NCBI GenBank assembly: GCA_036278855.1
Contig: DASUKI010000101.1
Location: 2,152 to 66,151 of the forward strand
DNA length: 64,000 bases
From: Pedococcus sp.
Lineage (GTDB): Bacteria > Actinomycetota > Actinomycetes > Actinomycetales > Dermatophilaceae
Direction: 5' to 3'
This document shows, piece by piece, positions 45,183 to 55,937 of the stretch. How positions within the stretch are numbered: the first letter of the stretch is position 1; every line of letters begins with the position of its first letter. Below the pieces are notes generated by a model that saw only the letters and a list, made by a program, of their open reading frames with translations, was not told where the DNA came from and searched no databases. The translations under genes were made by a program, and so were the position numbers.

Positions 45183-46892
45183 TCAGCTGGTTCGGTCGAA
45201 ACCCAGGACGGCCGTGCGCAGCGCGTCCAGCCCGACGCCGCCCACGTCCAGCGCGCGCCGGTGGAAGGCCTTGATGTCGAAGGCGTCGCCCTCGCGCTGA
45301 CGGACCTCGTCGCGCAGCCCCAGCCACAGCCGCTCGCCGATCTTGTAGGAGGGCGCCTGACCCGGCCAGCCGAGGTAGCGGTCGAGCTCGAACCGCAGGA
45401 AGCCCTCGGCCATGTTGGCGTGGGCGGTGAGGAACTCCCACGCCTTGTCGTAGGTCCACGCGCCGCCGCCCACCGACTCCGGTGCCTCGAACCCGCAGTG
45501 GAATCCGATGTCCAGCACCACACGGGCCGCGCGGAGGGACTGGCCGTCCAGCAGGCCCATCCGGTCGCCCGGGTCGTCCATGTAGCCCAGCTCGGACATC
45601 AACCGCTCGGCATACAGGGCCCAGCCCTCGCCGTGGCCGGAGGTCCACGCCATCAGCCGACGCCAGCGGTTGAGGGTCTCGCTGCGGAACACCGTCTGGC
45701 CCACCTGCAGGTGGTGGCCGGGCACGCCTTCGTGGTAGACGGTCGTCAGCTCGCGCCAGGTCCCGAACTCCTCCACCCCCTTGGGCACCGACCACCACAT
45801 CCGCCCGGGACGGCTGAAGTCCTCGCTCGGCCCGGTGTAGTAGATGCCGCCCGTCTGGGTGGGCGCGATGCGGCACTCGATGGCCCGGACGGGGTCGGGG
45901 ATGTCGAAGTGGCTGCCGGCGAGCGCTTCGATGGCACCGTCGGCCTTCTCCTGCATCCACCGCTGCAACTCCTCGGTGCCGTGCAGCTGGTAGCGAACGT
46001 CGGCGTCGAGCAGCTCGACTGCCTCCTTGACGGTGGCGCCGGGCCGGATCCGCTCCGCCACGGTGACCATCTCCGCGGTGATGCGGGCGAGCTCCTCCTG
46101 ACCCCAGGCGTAGGTCTCCTCCAGGTCGACCTCCGTCCCGAGGAAGGCACGAGAGAAGAGCTGGTAGCGCTCGCGCCCACAGGCGTCCGACTCCGGCGCC
46201 TGGTCGAGGAACTCGGTGCGCAACGTGTCCGCGAGGGTGGAGTAGGCCGAAGCGGCCTCGTGCACGGCGGCCTCGAGGTCGGCGGCCACCCCCGCGCCAA
46301 GGTCTCGGTCGCCACCGCTGGCCCCCTTCACGAGGGACGCGAAGTAGCCGTCCTCCGAGGTGAACTCGAGACACTGCTTGATGCAGGCCTGCACCTGTCG
46401 TCGCGGGCTGACGTCGCCGCGCGAGGCGGCCAGGCGCAGGGAGGTCACCCACTGGTCGAGCGCCGTGGGCACCTTGGCCATGCGCGATGCGATGACCGAC
46501 CATTGCTCGTCGGTGTCGGTCGGCATGAGGTCGAAGATGCCGCGCACGTCCTGCAGGGGCGAGGCGATGACGTTCAGGGACATCTCGTCGAGCCCCGCCG
46601 CGTACTCCTCCTCCGCCAGCTCGAGCCGTTCGGTCATGGCGGCGAGAGTGGTCCGGTCGACGTCGTCGACGGGCTCCGAGGCCGCCAGCTGCTCGAGGGT
46701 CCCGCGACGCAGCTCGGAGTGGCGCGCGTAGCCATCTGGCGAGAAGTCGTCCAGATCCTCGTCGTGCCCCGGGATGCCGAGGTAGGTCGCGCCGATCGGG
46801 CTGAGGTCGACCGACGCGTCCACAAAGGCGTCCGCGATGCCGTCGATCGCGGTGGCGGGACGTGCGGTGCCGGGTGAGGTGTCAGGGGTCAC
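45183..46892 (-). CDS. DUF885 family protein (putative metallopeptidase-like)
   Basis: YHEGVPGHHLQ, EGWALYAE, RAARVVLDIG, PGQAPSYKIG. Confidence 0.88.
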   Translation of the reverse strand: MTPDTSPGTARPATAIDGIADAFVDASVDLSPIGATYLGIPGHDEDLDDFSPDGYARHSELRRGTLEQLAASEPVDDVDRTTLAAMTERLELAEEEYAAGLDEMSLNVIASPLQDVRGIFDLMPTDTDEQWSVIASRMAKVPTALDQWVTSLRLAASRGDVSPRRQVQACIKQCLEFTSEDGYFASLVKGASGGDRDLGAGVAADLEAAVHEAASAYSTLADTLRTEFLDQAPESDACGRERYQLFSRAFLGTEVDLEETYAWGQEELARITAEMVTVAERIRPGATVKEAVELLDADVRYQLHGTEELQRWMQEKADGAIEALAGSHFDIPDPVRAIECRIAPTQTGGIYYTGPSEDFSRPGRMWWSVPKGVEEFGTWRELTTVYHEGVPGHHLQVGQTVFRSETLNRWRRLMAWTSGHGEGWALYAERLMSELGYMDDPGDRMGLLDGQSLRAARVVLDIGFHCGFEAPESVGGGAWTYDKAWEFLTAHANMAEGFLRFELDRYLGWPGQAPSYKIGERLWLGLRDEVRQREGDAFDIKAFHRRALDVGGVGLDALRTAVLGFDRTS

Positions 46893-46929
46893 AGGCAGAA
46901 GGTACCCGGCGACCGCGGCCACGTCGACG

Positions 46930-47202
46930 TCAGCGCGGCAGCGCGGACGCGCGCCATCGACCGGGCCCCGGATGAAGGCCCGATCGGACGAGTCGATCGC
47001 GCGCGGCCCAGACCGCGACGCCCGTCTCGGACCCGTCGTCGCTCTCGCTGCCCCCGCCCGCAGCGGCCCCGGCCAGGACGGCCACCAACGCGGCCAGCTC
47101 GACGGTCGAGGGGTGTCCTCGCACGATCCAGGGCGACGCCGCGGTCTGGTCGTCGGTCGTGGCCACGGGAGGCTCCTCGGTCATCGGGTGGGCGGACGTC
47201 AT
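46930..47202 (-). CDS. accE: Acyl-CoA carboxylase epsilon subunit
   Basis: IVRGHPSTVELAALVAVL...W; directly downstream of the beta subunit. Confidence 0.8.
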   Translation of the reverse strand: MTSAHPMTEEPPVATTDDQTAASPWIVRGHPSTVELAALVAVLAGAAAGGGSESDDGSETGVAVWAARDRLVRSGLHPGPGRWRASALPR

Positions 47203-47226
47203 ACGGGTGGTCTTCGTAGGCGTGGC

Positions 47227-48873
47227 TCACAAGGGGATGTTGCCGTGCTTCTTCGCCGGCAGGGTCTCGCGCTTGGTGCGCAGGGTGCGCAGCGCCTTCG
47301 TGACGTAGGCGCGGGTGTAGGAGGGCGGGATGACCGAGTCGACGTAACCGCGCTCCGCGGCGACGTAGGGGTTGGCGAGGGTGTCCTCGTACTCCTGGAT
47401 GAAGCCCGCGCGGGCGGCGTCGATGGCGGCCTGGTCGCCGCCGGACTCCTCGGCGACCTTGGCGATCTGCTTGCGGTAGAGGATGTTCACCGCGCCCTGC
47501 GCGCCCATGACGGCGATCTGGGCGGTGGGCCAGGCGAGGTTGATGTCGGCCCCCAGGTGCTTGGAACCCATGACGTCGTAGGCGCCGCCGTAGGCCTTGC
47601 GGGTGATGACGGTGACCAGCGGCACCGTCGCCTCGGCGTAGGCGAAAATCAGCTTGGCGCCACGGCGGATGATGCCGTTCCACTCCTGGTCGGTGCCGGG
47701 CAGGAAGCCCGGGACGTCGACGAAGGTCAGGACCGGGATGTTGAACGCGTCGCAGGTGCGCACGAACCGGGCCGCCTTCTCGGAGGCGTCGATGTCGAGG
47801 CAGCCGGCGTACTGCATCGGCTGGTTGCCGACCACGCCCACCGGTCGCCCGTCGACGCGCCCGAAGCCGCAGACGATGTTGGGGGCGAACAGCTCCTGGA
47901 CCTCGCAGAAGTCCGGGACGCCCTCGTCGGTGTCGTCCACGACGCGTTCGATGATGGTGCGCATGTCGTAGGGGACGTTCGGGGAGTCCGGGATGAACGT
48001 GTCGAGCGACCGGTCCTCGTCGTCGACCTCGAGGTCCGCGTCCTCGCCGTAGCGCGGCGGGTCCTCGAGGTTGTTGGACGGCAGGTAGGACAGCAGCTCA
48101 CGCACGTAGGCGATCGCGTCGTCCTCGTCGTCGGCCATGTAGTGCGCCACCCCCGAGCGGGAGTTGTGCGACCGGGCGCCGCCGAGGTCCTCCATCCCCA
48201 CGTCCTCACCAGTGACGGTCTTGATCACGTCGGGTCCCGTGATGAACATGTGGCTGGTCTGGTCGACCATGACGGTGAAGTCGGTGATCGCGGGGGAGTA
48301 GACCGCGCCGCCGGCGCAGGGGCCCATGACCAGACTGATCTGGGGGATGACGCCGGACGCGTGCACGTTGCGGCGGAAGATCTCGGCATACAGGCCCAGG
48401 GCGACGACCCCCTCCTGGATGCGCGCGCCGCCCGAGTCGTTGATGCCCACGACGGGGCAGCCGAGCTTCATCGCCAGGTCCATCACCTTGACGATCTTCT
48501 CGCCGAAGACCTCGCCGAGCGAGCCGCCGAACACGGTGAAGTCCTGGGAGAACACCGCCACCGGTCGCCCGTCGACGGTGCCGTAGCCGCTGACCACGCC
48601 GTCGCCGTAGGGGCGGCTCTTCGCCTGGTCGAAGTTGGTCGACCGGTGCCGCGCCAGCTCGTCCATCTCGACGAACGAGCCCTCGTCCATCAGCATCTCG
48701 ATGCGCTCGCGGGCGGTTCGCTTGCCCTTCGCGTGCTGTTTCTCCACCGCCCGGGCGGAGCCGGCGTGGACCGCCTCGTCGTTGCGGCGGTAGAGGTCGG
48801 CGAGCTTGCCGGCGGTCGTGTGCAGGTCGGGTGCTTCACCGTCGACTGGCTCGGTGCGCGCAGCATCGGTCAT
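47227..48873 (-). CDS. pccB: Propionyl-CoA carboxylase beta subunit (AccD5/PccB)
   Basis: [42 protein letters not shown]. Confidence 0.94.
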   Translation of the reverse strand: MTDAARTEPVDGEAPDLHTTAGKLADLYRRNDEAVHAGSARAVEKQHAKGKRTARERIEMLMDEGSFVEMDELARHRSTNFDQAKSRPYGDGVVSGYGTVDGRPVAVFSQDFTVFGGSLGEVFGEKIVKVMDLAMKLGCPVVGINDSGGARIQEGVVALGLYAEIFRRNVHASGVIPQISLVMGPCAGGAVYSPAITDFTVMVDQTSHMFITGPDVIKTVTGEDVGMEDLGGARSHNSRSGVAHYMADDEDDAIAYVRELLSYLPSNNLEDPPRYGEDADLEVDDEDRSLDTFIPDSPNVPYDMRTIIERVVDDTDEGVPDFCEVQELFAPNIVCGFGRVDGRPVGVVGNQPMQYAGCLDIDASEKAARFVRTCDAFNIPVLTFVDVPGFLPGTDQEWNGIIRRGAKLIFAYAEATVPLVTVITRKAYGGAYDVMGSKHLGADINLAWPTAQIAVMGAQGAVNILYRKQIAKVAEESGGDQAAIDAARAGFIQEYEDTLANPYVAAERGYVDSVIPPSYTRAYVTKALRTLRTKRETLPAKKHGNIPL

Positions 48874-48880
48874 GGCGGGC

Positions 48881-48890
48881 AGCCTAGCCT
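48881..48890. promoter_or_regulatory. Bidirectional -10 element for leaderless pccB and birA
   Basis: AGCCTAGCCT gives TAGGCT on - and TAGCCT on +, each 7 nt from a start codon. Confidence 0.7.
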
Positions 48891-48897
48891 TAGCCCC

Positions 48898-49719
48898 GTG
48901 CGTGATTCCTTGGACGTCCGGGCCCTGCGCGAGACGCTGCTCACACCGACCTCCCACTGGGCGGCGCTCGACTTCTTCGACTCCGTCGACTCGACCAACC
49001 TCGAGGCGCTTCGCCGCCCGGACCCGTGGCGGGTCGTCCTCACCGACCACCAGAGCGCCGGCCGGGGGCGTCTGGCGCGGCAGTGGGAGGCGCCGCCGTG
49101 CACGTCGATCGCGGTGTCCTGCGTGGTGCCGATCGGAGACCGGGGCGGAGCCGACCGGTCCGAGCTCGGCTGGGTCCCGCTCCTGGCCGGGCTGGCGATG
49201 AGCACTGCGCTGTCGGAGGTCGCCGGCGTCCGCGCGCTGCTCAAGTGGCCCAACGACGTGCTCGCCGGGGCAGCGGACGACGAGGACGAGCGGCTCCGGA
49301 AGGTGTGCGGTGTGCTCTGTCAGTCCGCGGGCGACGAGCTCGTCGTGGTCGGGGCCGGGGTCAACGTCGACCAGGAGCGCGAGGAGCTCCCCGTCGACAC
49401 TGCCACCTCGCTGCGGCTGTGCGGCTCGGACGCCCCGCGCGAGGGCATCATCGAGCGCTACCTCATGAATCTGCGCGACCGAACCGAGGCGTGGCGGGCC
49501 GGCGGCCCGGCGATGGAGGGCCAACGAGCGGACTACCGCAGCCGGTGCACGACCGTCGGCCGCGTCGTCGACCTGCACCAGCCGGGAGGCGCCGTCGTGC
49601 GCGGCACGGCGACCGGCGTCGACGACCAGGGGCGGCTGGTCGTCGACGAGCCCCGCGGCCGTCGCCCGTACGCCGCGGGAGACGTCGTGCACGTGCGTGC
49701 CGCCCAGCCGGGGCAGTGA
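48898..49719 (+). CDS. birA: Biotin--[acetyl-CoA-carboxylase] ligase
   Basis: DSTN, QSAGRGR..RQW, KWPND, KVCGVL, GAGVN, AGDV. Confidence 0.92.
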   Translation: MRDSLDVRALRETLLTPTSHWAALDFFDSVDSTNLEALRRPDPWRVVLTDHQSAGRGRLARQWEAPPCTSIAVSCVVPIGDRGGADRSELGWVPLLAGLAMSTALSEVAGVRALLKWPNDVLAGAADDEDERLRKVCGVLCQSAGDELVVVGAGVNVDQEREELPVDTATSLRLCGSDAPREGIIERYLMNLRDRTEAWRAGGPAMEGQRADYRSRCTTVGRVVDLHQPGGAVVRGTATGVDDQGRLVVDEPRGRRPYAAGDVVHVRAAQPGQ

Positions 49720-49740
49720 GGCAATGAAGGGGTGAGGTGA
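49716..49740 (+). other. Three chained RTGA-overlapped micro-ORFs
   Basis: GTG49716 VRQ*, ATG49724 MKG*, GTG49732 VR*, then cyclase GTG49737. Confidence 0.5.
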
Positions 49741-50927
49741 TGAGTGGCGGCGAGGAGCGTGAGGGACACGGCATGATCGATCCCGTGCCCGATCCCCACA
49801 CCGAACCCGTGCCCGGCCCCGGCGCCGACCCTGTGCCCGGCCCCGAGGCCGAACCCGAGGACGCGTTCCGACCAGGGCTCGACGACCTCGAGGCCCAGCT
49901 GCTGGGAGAGCCGCGGAGCATGCGCCGGAGGCAGGTCAGCGCCGGCGCCGGCATCTCGCTGCTGTCGGCGCGCCGGTTCTGGCATGCGTTGGGCTTCCCC
50001 AACGTCCAGGACGAGGACATGGTCTTCACCGACGCCGACCTGGCCGCGCTGCGGGCCGTGGTCACACTCGTGCGTGACGGCACCTTCGACCAGGACACCG
50101 CGCTGGCGATGACGCGGGCGATGGGCCGGACGGCCGACCGGCTCGCGATCTGGCAGGCCCAGCTGATGGCCGAGGTGCTGGAGCACGAGCCGCCCGAGCC
50201 GGTCGAGCGCAGACCGGGCGAGCCCAGTCGCGGCGTGCCGGGTTCGGCCGCCGCCAGGGCCGCGGGGGAGAAGCTGACCGAGCTGGCCGACACGCTCGAG
50301 CCGCTGCTCGTCTACGCCTGGCGCCGGCACCTGTCGGCCGCGATCGCGCGCATGGTGGCGGATGCCGAGCCCTCGGCCGACCACGAGGGCGTCTTCCGCG
50401 TCGTCGGCTTCGCCGACCTGGTTTCCTTCACCGCGCTGGTGCGCCGGCTGTCCGAGCACCAGCTGGTGCAGGTGGTCCAGCGGTTCGAGGCGCTCGCGTC
50501 GGAGGTCATCGCGGCCCACGGCGGGCGTGTCATCAAGACGGTGGGCGACGAGGTCCTCTACGTGACGATCGGCACGCCCCCTGCCGCCGCGATCGCCCTC
50601 GATCTCGTGGACGCCATCAAGGAGGACGACATCCTGCCGAAGGTGCGGGTGGGTATGGCGAGTGGTCAGGTGGTCTCGCGACTCGGCGACGTCTTCGGCA
50701 CCACGGTCAACCGGGCCAGCCGCCTCACGGCGGTGGCCAGGCCGAACACCGTGGTGGTTGACGACGCGGTGGCCACCGCGTTGTCGAGCGTGTCCGGCTT
50801 CGAGATGGCGCAGCTGCCGCCGCGTACGCTCCGGGGACTGGGGCGCATCACACCGTGGCGGCTGCAGCGCGCCGGGGCGTCCGGCCGACGGGGCCGGAGC
50901 GACTCTGGATCGGCGACGACGACGTGA
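49737..50927 (+). CDS. Class III adenylate cyclase with N-terminal regulatory domain
   Basis: [30 protein letters not shown]; Pro-rich N-terminal repeats. Confidence 0.88.
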   Translation: MMSGGEEREGHGMIDPVPDPHTEPVPGPGADPVPGPEAEPEDAFRPGLDDLEAQLLGEPRSMRRRQVSAGAGISLLSARRFWHALGFPNVQDEDMVFTDADLAALRAVVTLVRDGTFDQDTALAMTRAMGRTADRLAIWQAQLMAEVLEHEPPEPVERRPGEPSRGVPGSAAARAAGEKLTELADTLEPLLVYAWRRHLSAAIARMVADAEPSADHEGVFRVVGFADLVSFTALVRRLSEHQLVQVVQRFEALASEVIAAHGGRVIKTVGDEVLYVTIGTPPAAAIALDLVDAIKEDDILPKVRVGMASGQVVSRLGDVFGTTVNRASRLTAVARPNTVVVDDAVATALSSVSGFEMAQLPPRTLRGLGRITPWRLQRAGASGRRGRSDSGSATTT

Positions 50928-50988
50928 GGACTGAATGAGCCAGACCGGCGCGACCCGCAACTCGACATACGAGAAGAGGCACAGATGA
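50924..50988 (+). other. Two chained RTGA-overlapped micro-ORFs
   Basis: GTG50924 VRTE* then ATG50935 MSQTGATRNSTYEKRHR* then ATG50985. Confidence 0.5.
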
Positions 50989-51797
50989 GCAAGGAGAGCC
51001 ATGAGGCGACCGGGTCGCTGGTGAGCGTCACCCGGCACGGCAAGGACGGGCACGTCGCCGAGCTCGCACTGGACCGCCCCGAGGCCATGAACGCGGTGTC
51101 GACGGCCATGGCCCGGGCGATCGGCAAGGCCACCGCGGCGCTGGCCGCGGATGACGGCGTTCGGTGCGTCATCCTCACCAGCACCAGCCCGAAGGCGTTC
51201 TGTGTCGGGGCGGACCTCAAGGAGCGCAACACGTTCACCGACGCCGACCTGATGCGGCAGCGTCCGGTCGCGCGGGCGGCATACACCGGCGTGCTGAACC
51301 TCCCCGTGCCGGCGATTGCCGTGGTGGAGGGCTTCGCGCTCGGCGGCGGGCTGGAGCTCGCGCTCTCCTGCGATCTGGTCATCGCCGGTTCGCGCGCCGT
51401 CGTCGGCCTGCCCGAGGTCTCGGTCGGTGTCATCCCCGGCGGCGGCGGCACCCAGCTGCTCACCCGTCGCATCGGCTGGTCCCGGGCGGCGGGCATGGTC
51501 TTCACCGCACGCCGGCTCGAGGCCGACGAGGCGGCCCGTCTCGGCGTCGTCGACGAGGTGGTCGAGCCCGGGACGGGGCGAGAGCGGGCGCTCGAGCTGG
51601 CCGCCCAGATCGCCCGCAACTCCCCGGTGGGACTGCGGCAGGCCAAACGCGCCATGCGACTCGGCGCGGATGTCGACCTCGCCACGGGCCTCGAGGTGGA
51701 GGACGGGTGCTGGCGCGCCACCGCCTTCTCGGCCGACCGGGCCGAAGGCGTGGCCGCGTTCGCCGAGAAGCGCACCCCGCAGTGGCCCGGGCGGTGA
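50985..51797 (+). CDS. Enoyl-CoA hydratase/isomerase
   Basis: LDRPEAMNA, FCVGADLKE, ALGGGLELAL, LPEVSVGVIPG. Confidence 0.92.
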   Translation: MSKESHEATGSLVSVTRHGKDGHVAELALDRPEAMNAVSTAMARAIGKATAALAADDGVRCVILTSTSPKAFCVGADLKERNTFTDADLMRQRPVARAAYTGVLNLPVPAIAVVEGFALGGGLELALSCDLVIAGSRAVVGLPEVSVGVIPGGGGTQLLTRRIGWSRAAGMVFTARRLEADEAARLGVVDEVVEPGTGRERALELAAQIARNSPVGLRQAKRAMRLGADVDLATGLEVEDGCWRATAFSADRAEGVAAFAEKRTPQWPGR

Positions 51798-51880
51798 GGG
51801 CTGATGACGATGTGGCAACACGTGTGGCGACACCCGGAGGAGATCGCGGTGCGGATGCGGCCGACCTCTACGATGACCTC

Positions 51881-52561
51881 ATGACCCGAGTGCTGCTCGC
51901 CGAGGACGATCCCGCGATCTCCGAACCCCTTGCCCGCGCGTTGCGGCGCGAGGGCTACGAGGTCGACGTGCGGGCAGACGGCCGCGAGGCTCTCGAGGGC
52001 GCCACCCAGAACCCCGACATGGTCGTCCTCGACCTCGGTCTGCCGCACATCGACGGGCTCGAGGTCTGCCGGCGGATGCGCGCGGACGGCCGGACCTTCC
52101 CGGTGCTGATCCTCACCGCGCGTGCCGACGAGGTGGACACCGTTGTGGGCCTGGACGCCGGGGCCGACGACTACGTCACCAAGCCGTTCCGCCTGGCCGA
52201 GCTGCTCGCCAGGGTGCGCGCCATGCTGCGGCGCAGCCCGCACGAGACCACCGAGGGCCCCGAGGAGGTCGTGCGGCTCGACCCGGATGCGCGGCGCGCG
52301 TTCTTCGAGGGCGAGGAGCTGCAGCTGACCGCCAAGGAGTTCGACCTTCTGCGCGTGCTGATCCGCGAGCAGGGCAAGGTCGTCTCCCGCGAGCAGCTCA
52401 TGCGCGAGATCTGGGAGACCGCCTGGTTCGGGTCCACCAAGACCCTGGACATGCACATCTCGGTGTTGCGCCGCAAGCTCGGCGACGACGCCGCGCAGCC
52501 ACGGTTCATCACCACCGTGCGCGGCGTCGGGTTCCGGTTCGAGCCGAACGAACGAGACTGA
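51881..52561 (+). CDS. OmpR-family response regulator
   Basis: LLAEDD, VLDLGLP, GADDYVTKPF, LTAKEFDLL, TVRGVGFR. GTG 51794 overlapping the upstream stop is also in frame. Confidence 0.93.
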   Translation: MTRVLLAEDDPAISEPLARALRREGYEVDVRADGREALEGATQNPDMVVLDLGLPHIDGLEVCRRMRADGRTFPVLILTARADEVDTVVGLDAGADDYVTKPFRLAELLARVRAMLRRSPHETTEGPEEVVRLDPDARRAFFEGEELQLTAKEFDLLRVLIREQGKVVSREQLMREIWETAWFGSTKTLDMHISVLRRKLGDDAAQPRFITTVRGVGFRFEPNERD

Positions 52562-52564
52562 CGG

Positions 52565-53575
52565 TTGCGCCGACGCCTGATCCGTTCCACGCTGCTCGCC
52601 GTCGTCCTGTCGGTGCTGATCCTCGGCGTGCCGATCTTCGCCCTGGCTGCCTGGCACCTGGAGCGGGTGGACCGGCCCCTTCGGGCCAGCACGGTGAGCT
52701 GGCCGATCCTGCTCCTGGCGGTGTTGGTGCTGTCGGTGCTGGCGGTCGTCGCCGGCGTCCTGGTCGCGACCAACCAGTCGCGGCGTCTGGCCGAGCCGAT
52801 GACCCAGCTGGCCGAGATGGCCGAGAAGCTGGGCGCCGGGCAGTCGCGCACCCCCGCGATGCGCAGCGGGGTGGAGGAGATCGATCGCGTCTCACAGGTC
52901 CTGGAGAGACGGGCCAAGGAGCTGGCCGCTTCACTGGCCTCCGAACGCGAGTTCGCGGCCGACGCCTCCCACCAGCTGCGCACCCCGCTCACGGCGCTGT
53001 TGATGCGGATCGAGGAGATCGGCGCGACCGACGACCTGGAGGTGGTGCGCGAGGAGGCGAACATCGCGATCGCGCAGGTGGAGCGGCTGACCGGTGTCGT
53101 GGACGACCTGCTCACCCGCACCCGCCGCGGGCGTGAGGACGAGTCGACCGCCGTGTCCCTGGACTCGGTCATCGCTGCGCTGCAGCGCGAGTGGCAGCCG
53201 GCCTTCGAGCAGGCGCGGCGCAGCGTCCGCGTGGGTGGCGCCCGTGGCCTGCAGGTGCAGGCCAACCGCTCCTCGCTCTCGCAGGTTCTGTCCACCCTGC
53301 TGGAGAACTCGCTGGTGCACGGAAAGGGGACGGTGGACGTGCACGCGCGGCGCGCCGGTCCCTCCGTGGTGGTCGAGGTGGGAGACCAGGGACCGGGCGT
53401 GCCCGCCGCGCTGGCCCCGCACATCTTCGAGCGGTCGGTCAGCAGCGGCAAGAGCACCGGGCTGGGGCTGGCGCTGGCCCGCGACCTCGCCGAGGCCGAC
53501 GGCGGCCGGCTGGAGCTGATCCAGGCTCAGCCGGTCATCTTCGCGTTCTTCGTGTCCGAGGCGCCCGGGACGTGA
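52565..53575 (+). CDS. Sensor histidine kinase
   Basis: Two TMs, HAMP, DASHQLRTPL, LLENSLVHG, DQGPG, TGLGL. Confidence 0.92.
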   Translation: MRRRLIRSTLLAVVLSVLILGVPIFALAAWHLERVDRPLRASTVSWPILLLAVLVLSVLAVVAGVLVATNQSRRLAEPMTQLAEMAEKLGAGQSRTPAMRSGVEEIDRVSQVLERRAKELAASLASEREFAADASHQLRTPLTALLMRIEEIGATDDLEVVREEANIAIAQVERLTGVVDDLLTRTRRGREDESTAVSLDSVIAALQREWQPAFEQARRSVRVGGARGLQVQANRSSLSQVLSTLLENSLVHGKGTVDVHARRAGPSVVVEVGDQGPGVPAALAPHIFERSVSSGKSTGLGLALARDLAEADGGRLELIQAQPVIFAFFVSEAPGT

Positions 53576-54084
53576 GGGCCCTCGGCGAGAGCGACGCCGG
53601 GGAACACAAAGGTGCGATAGGCCCAGAACCGGAACAGGGTCCCGAGCACGAGCCCCACGCCGTTGCCGCTGATGTTGTCGGCCAGCTGGCTGTGCAGGTC
53701 CAGTACATAGCGGGAGAACCCGAGGCACAGGACCGCGATGATCATCCCCACGACGTTGAAGGTGACGAAGAGCACCAGCTCGTGACCGACCGCGGGACGC
53801 CGGCGGTGGCGGAAGGTCCAGTAGCGGTTGCCGAGCCACGCCACCAGCGTCGCCGCGGCCACCGAGCAGATTTTGGCGCGCAGCGGGGTGTCGTGCAGGA
53901 TCCCCTCGGTCGTCTCGTAACCGAGCATGTTCTTGAAGTGCGGCCCGAAGACCAGGAAGTTGTAACCGACGGTGTCCACGATGAAGGCCACGAAGCCGAC
54001 GATGCCGAACTTGGCCACCTCGCGGACGAGGACGTCCAGGGTGTCACGCAGGCGCTGGAACAGCCCGGGGTCGTCGGCAGCCAC
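53527..54084 (-). CDS. GtrA family protein
   Basis: EVAKFGIVG, NRYWTF, FRFWAYRTFVF; start 54084 or 54087. Confidence 0.85.
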   Translation of the reverse strand: MAADDPGLFQRLRDTLDVLVREVAKFGIVGFVAFIVDTVGYNFLVFGPHFKNMLGYETTEGILHDTPLRAKICSVAAATLVAWLGNRYWTFRHRRRPAVGHELVLFVTFNVVGMIIAVLCLGFSRYVLDLHSQLADNISGNGVGLVLGTLFRFWAYRTFVFPGVALAEGPHVPGASDTKNAKMTG

Positions 54085-54145
54085 CACCCGAGCCTAACCG
54101 TGGTGGGTTTCAACCACCCGGTGTCTGCCCGGTAGTGTCGCGGGA

Positions 54146-55354
54146 GTGACTTCCCCGCAGCGCGCCCCAGGTGGGTTCCCGGTCGTCGGCATCATCGGCG
54201 GTGGACAACTGGCCCGGATGTGCCAGCCCCCCGCGGTCGGACTCGGTGTCACCCTCTCGGTCCTGGCGGAGGCCCCCGACGCCTCGGCGGCGCTCGTCGT
54301 CCCGTCGTCGCCGGTGGGTGAGCACACCGACGCGGACGCGGTCCGGACGTTCGCCCGCGACTGCGACGTGGTGACCTTCGACCACGAGCACGTGCCGGCA
54401 TCCGTGTTGTCCGCGCTGGAGGCCGACGGCGCCATCCTGCACCCCTCACCGGCCAGCCTGGTCTTCGCCCAGGACAAGCTCGCGATGCGCCGTCGTCTGA
54501 CGGCTCTCGACATCGCTTGCCCGCGCTGGGCCCAGGTGCGCGACGCCGGCGAGCTGAAGGCGTTCGGTGACAGGGTCGGGTGGCCGGTCGTGGTCAAGAC
54601 ACCACGGGGAGGGTATGACGGCAAGGGAGTTCGCGCCGTCGGCTCGCCGCAGGAGGCCTCCGACTGGTTCGACCTCGTGGTGCGTGACAGCCGCGACGGC
54701 GGGCTGCTCTCGGACGGGTTGCTCGCGGAGGAGAGGGTGCCGTTCGTGCGCGAGCTCGCCGTGCTCGTCGCGCGCAGTCCTTCCGGCCAGGCGGCTGCCT
54801 GGCCGGTCGTCGAGACCGTGCAGACCGACGGGGTCTGCACGGAGGTCCTCGCACCGGCGCCCGACCTGGACGGTGAGCTGTCCGCTGCGGCCACCCGGGC
54901 GGCCCTGCGGATCGCCGGCGAACTCGGTGTCACCGGTGTGATGGCCGTCGAGATGTTCGAGGTGGCCGACGAGAAGACGAGCCAGCCGTCATACGCGGTC
55001 AACGAGCTGGCGCTGCGGCCGCACAACAGCGGCCACTGGACCATCGACGGCGCCGTGACCAGCCAGTTCGAGCAGCACCTGCGCGCGGTACTCGACCTGC
55101 CACTGGGGGCGACCACGACCCGGGACCGCTGGACCGTCATGGCCAACGTGCTCGGCGGCGACTACGACGAGCTCTACCCGGCCTATCGGCACGTCATGGC
55201 GCGCGACCCCGGGGTCAAGGTGCACCTCTACGGGAAGGGTGTGCGGCCGGGACGCAAGATCGGGCACGTCACCGTCAGCGGTTCCGACCTCGCCGACCTG
55301 CGCGAGCGCGCGCGGCACGCGGCCGACTACATCGCGGGAGTGATCACTGAATGA
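54146..55354 (+). CDS. purK: N5-CAIR synthase
   Basis: [40 protein letters not shown]. Confidence 0.96.
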   Translation: MTSPQRAPGGFPVVGIIGGGQLARMCQPPAVGLGVTLSVLAEAPDASAALVVPSSPVGEHTDADAVRTFARDCDVVTFDHEHVPASVLSALEADGAILHPSPASLVFAQDKLAMRRRLTALDIACPRWAQVRDAGELKAFGDRVGWPVVVKTPRGGYDGKGVRAVGSPQEASDWFDLVVRDSRDGGLLSDGLLAEERVPFVRELAVLVARSPSGQAAAWPVVETVQTDGVCTEVLAPAPDLDGELSAAATRAALRIAGELGVTGVMAVEMFEVADEKTSQPSYAVNELALRPHNSGHWTIDGAVTSQFEQHLRAVLDLPLGATTTRDRWTVMANVLGGDYDELYPAYRHVMARDPGVKVHLYGKGVRPGRKIGHVTVSGSDLADLRERARHAADYIAGVITE

Positions 55355-55887
55355 GTGAAGAGGGCACCGGGCTGCCTGAGGCGCCTGTCGTCGGCCTGGT
55401 GATGGGCAGCGACAGCGACTGGCCTGTGATGGAAGACGCCGCAAAGGCGTTGGAGGAGTTCGGAATCGGCTACGAGGCCGACGTGGTGTCGGCTCACCGG
55501 ATGCCGCAGGAGATGATCGACTACGGTCGGTCCGCTGCGGGGCGCGGGTTGCGCGTGCTCATCGCCGGCGCCGGAGGGGCGGCCCATCTGCCGGGCATGC
55601 TCGCGGCCGTGACGCCCCTGCCGGTGATCGGTGTCCCGGTGCCGCTGAAGCACCTGGACGGGATGGACTCGCTTCTGTCGATCGTGCAGATGCCGGGCGG
55701 CGTGCCCGTCGCCACCGTCTCGATCGGGGGTGCGCGCAACGCCGGGTTGCTCGCGGTGCGGATCCTCGCGTCCGGTACCGGCGAAGAGGCCGCGCAGCTG
55801 CGCGAGGCGATGGAGGACTTCCAGGGCCGGCTGCGTGAACAGGCCCACGCCAAGGGTGCCCGGCTGCGCTCGCGCACCCAGAGCTGA
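55351..55887 (+). CDS. purE: N5-CAIR mutase
   Basis: [35 protein letters not shown]. Confidence 0.97.
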   Translation: MSEEGTGLPEAPVVGLVMGSDSDWPVMEDAAKALEEFGIGYEADVVSAHRMPQEMIDYGRSAAGRGLRVLIAGAGGAAHLPGMLAAVTPLPVIGVPVPLKHLDGMDSLLSIVQMPGGVPVATVSIGGARNAGLLAVRILASGTGEEAAQLREAMEDFQGRLREQAHAKGARLRSRTQS

Positions 55888-55937
55888 CCGACAGCCCACG
55901 GCTCCTCCGCACGCCGTGCGGATCGGCGAACGGCGGC

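Noticed and set aside
46837-49719. 960-aa (+) and 821-aa (-) ORFs as fusion proteins
   Set aside because: Artefactual upstream extensions through the antisense of the divergent gene; real starts are 48898 (birA) and 48873 (pccB).
53527-53575. 49-nt convergent overlap of kinase and gtrA (also add/RDD at 16042-16052)
   Set aside because: Short tail overlaps are common in GC-rich genomes; no further signal.
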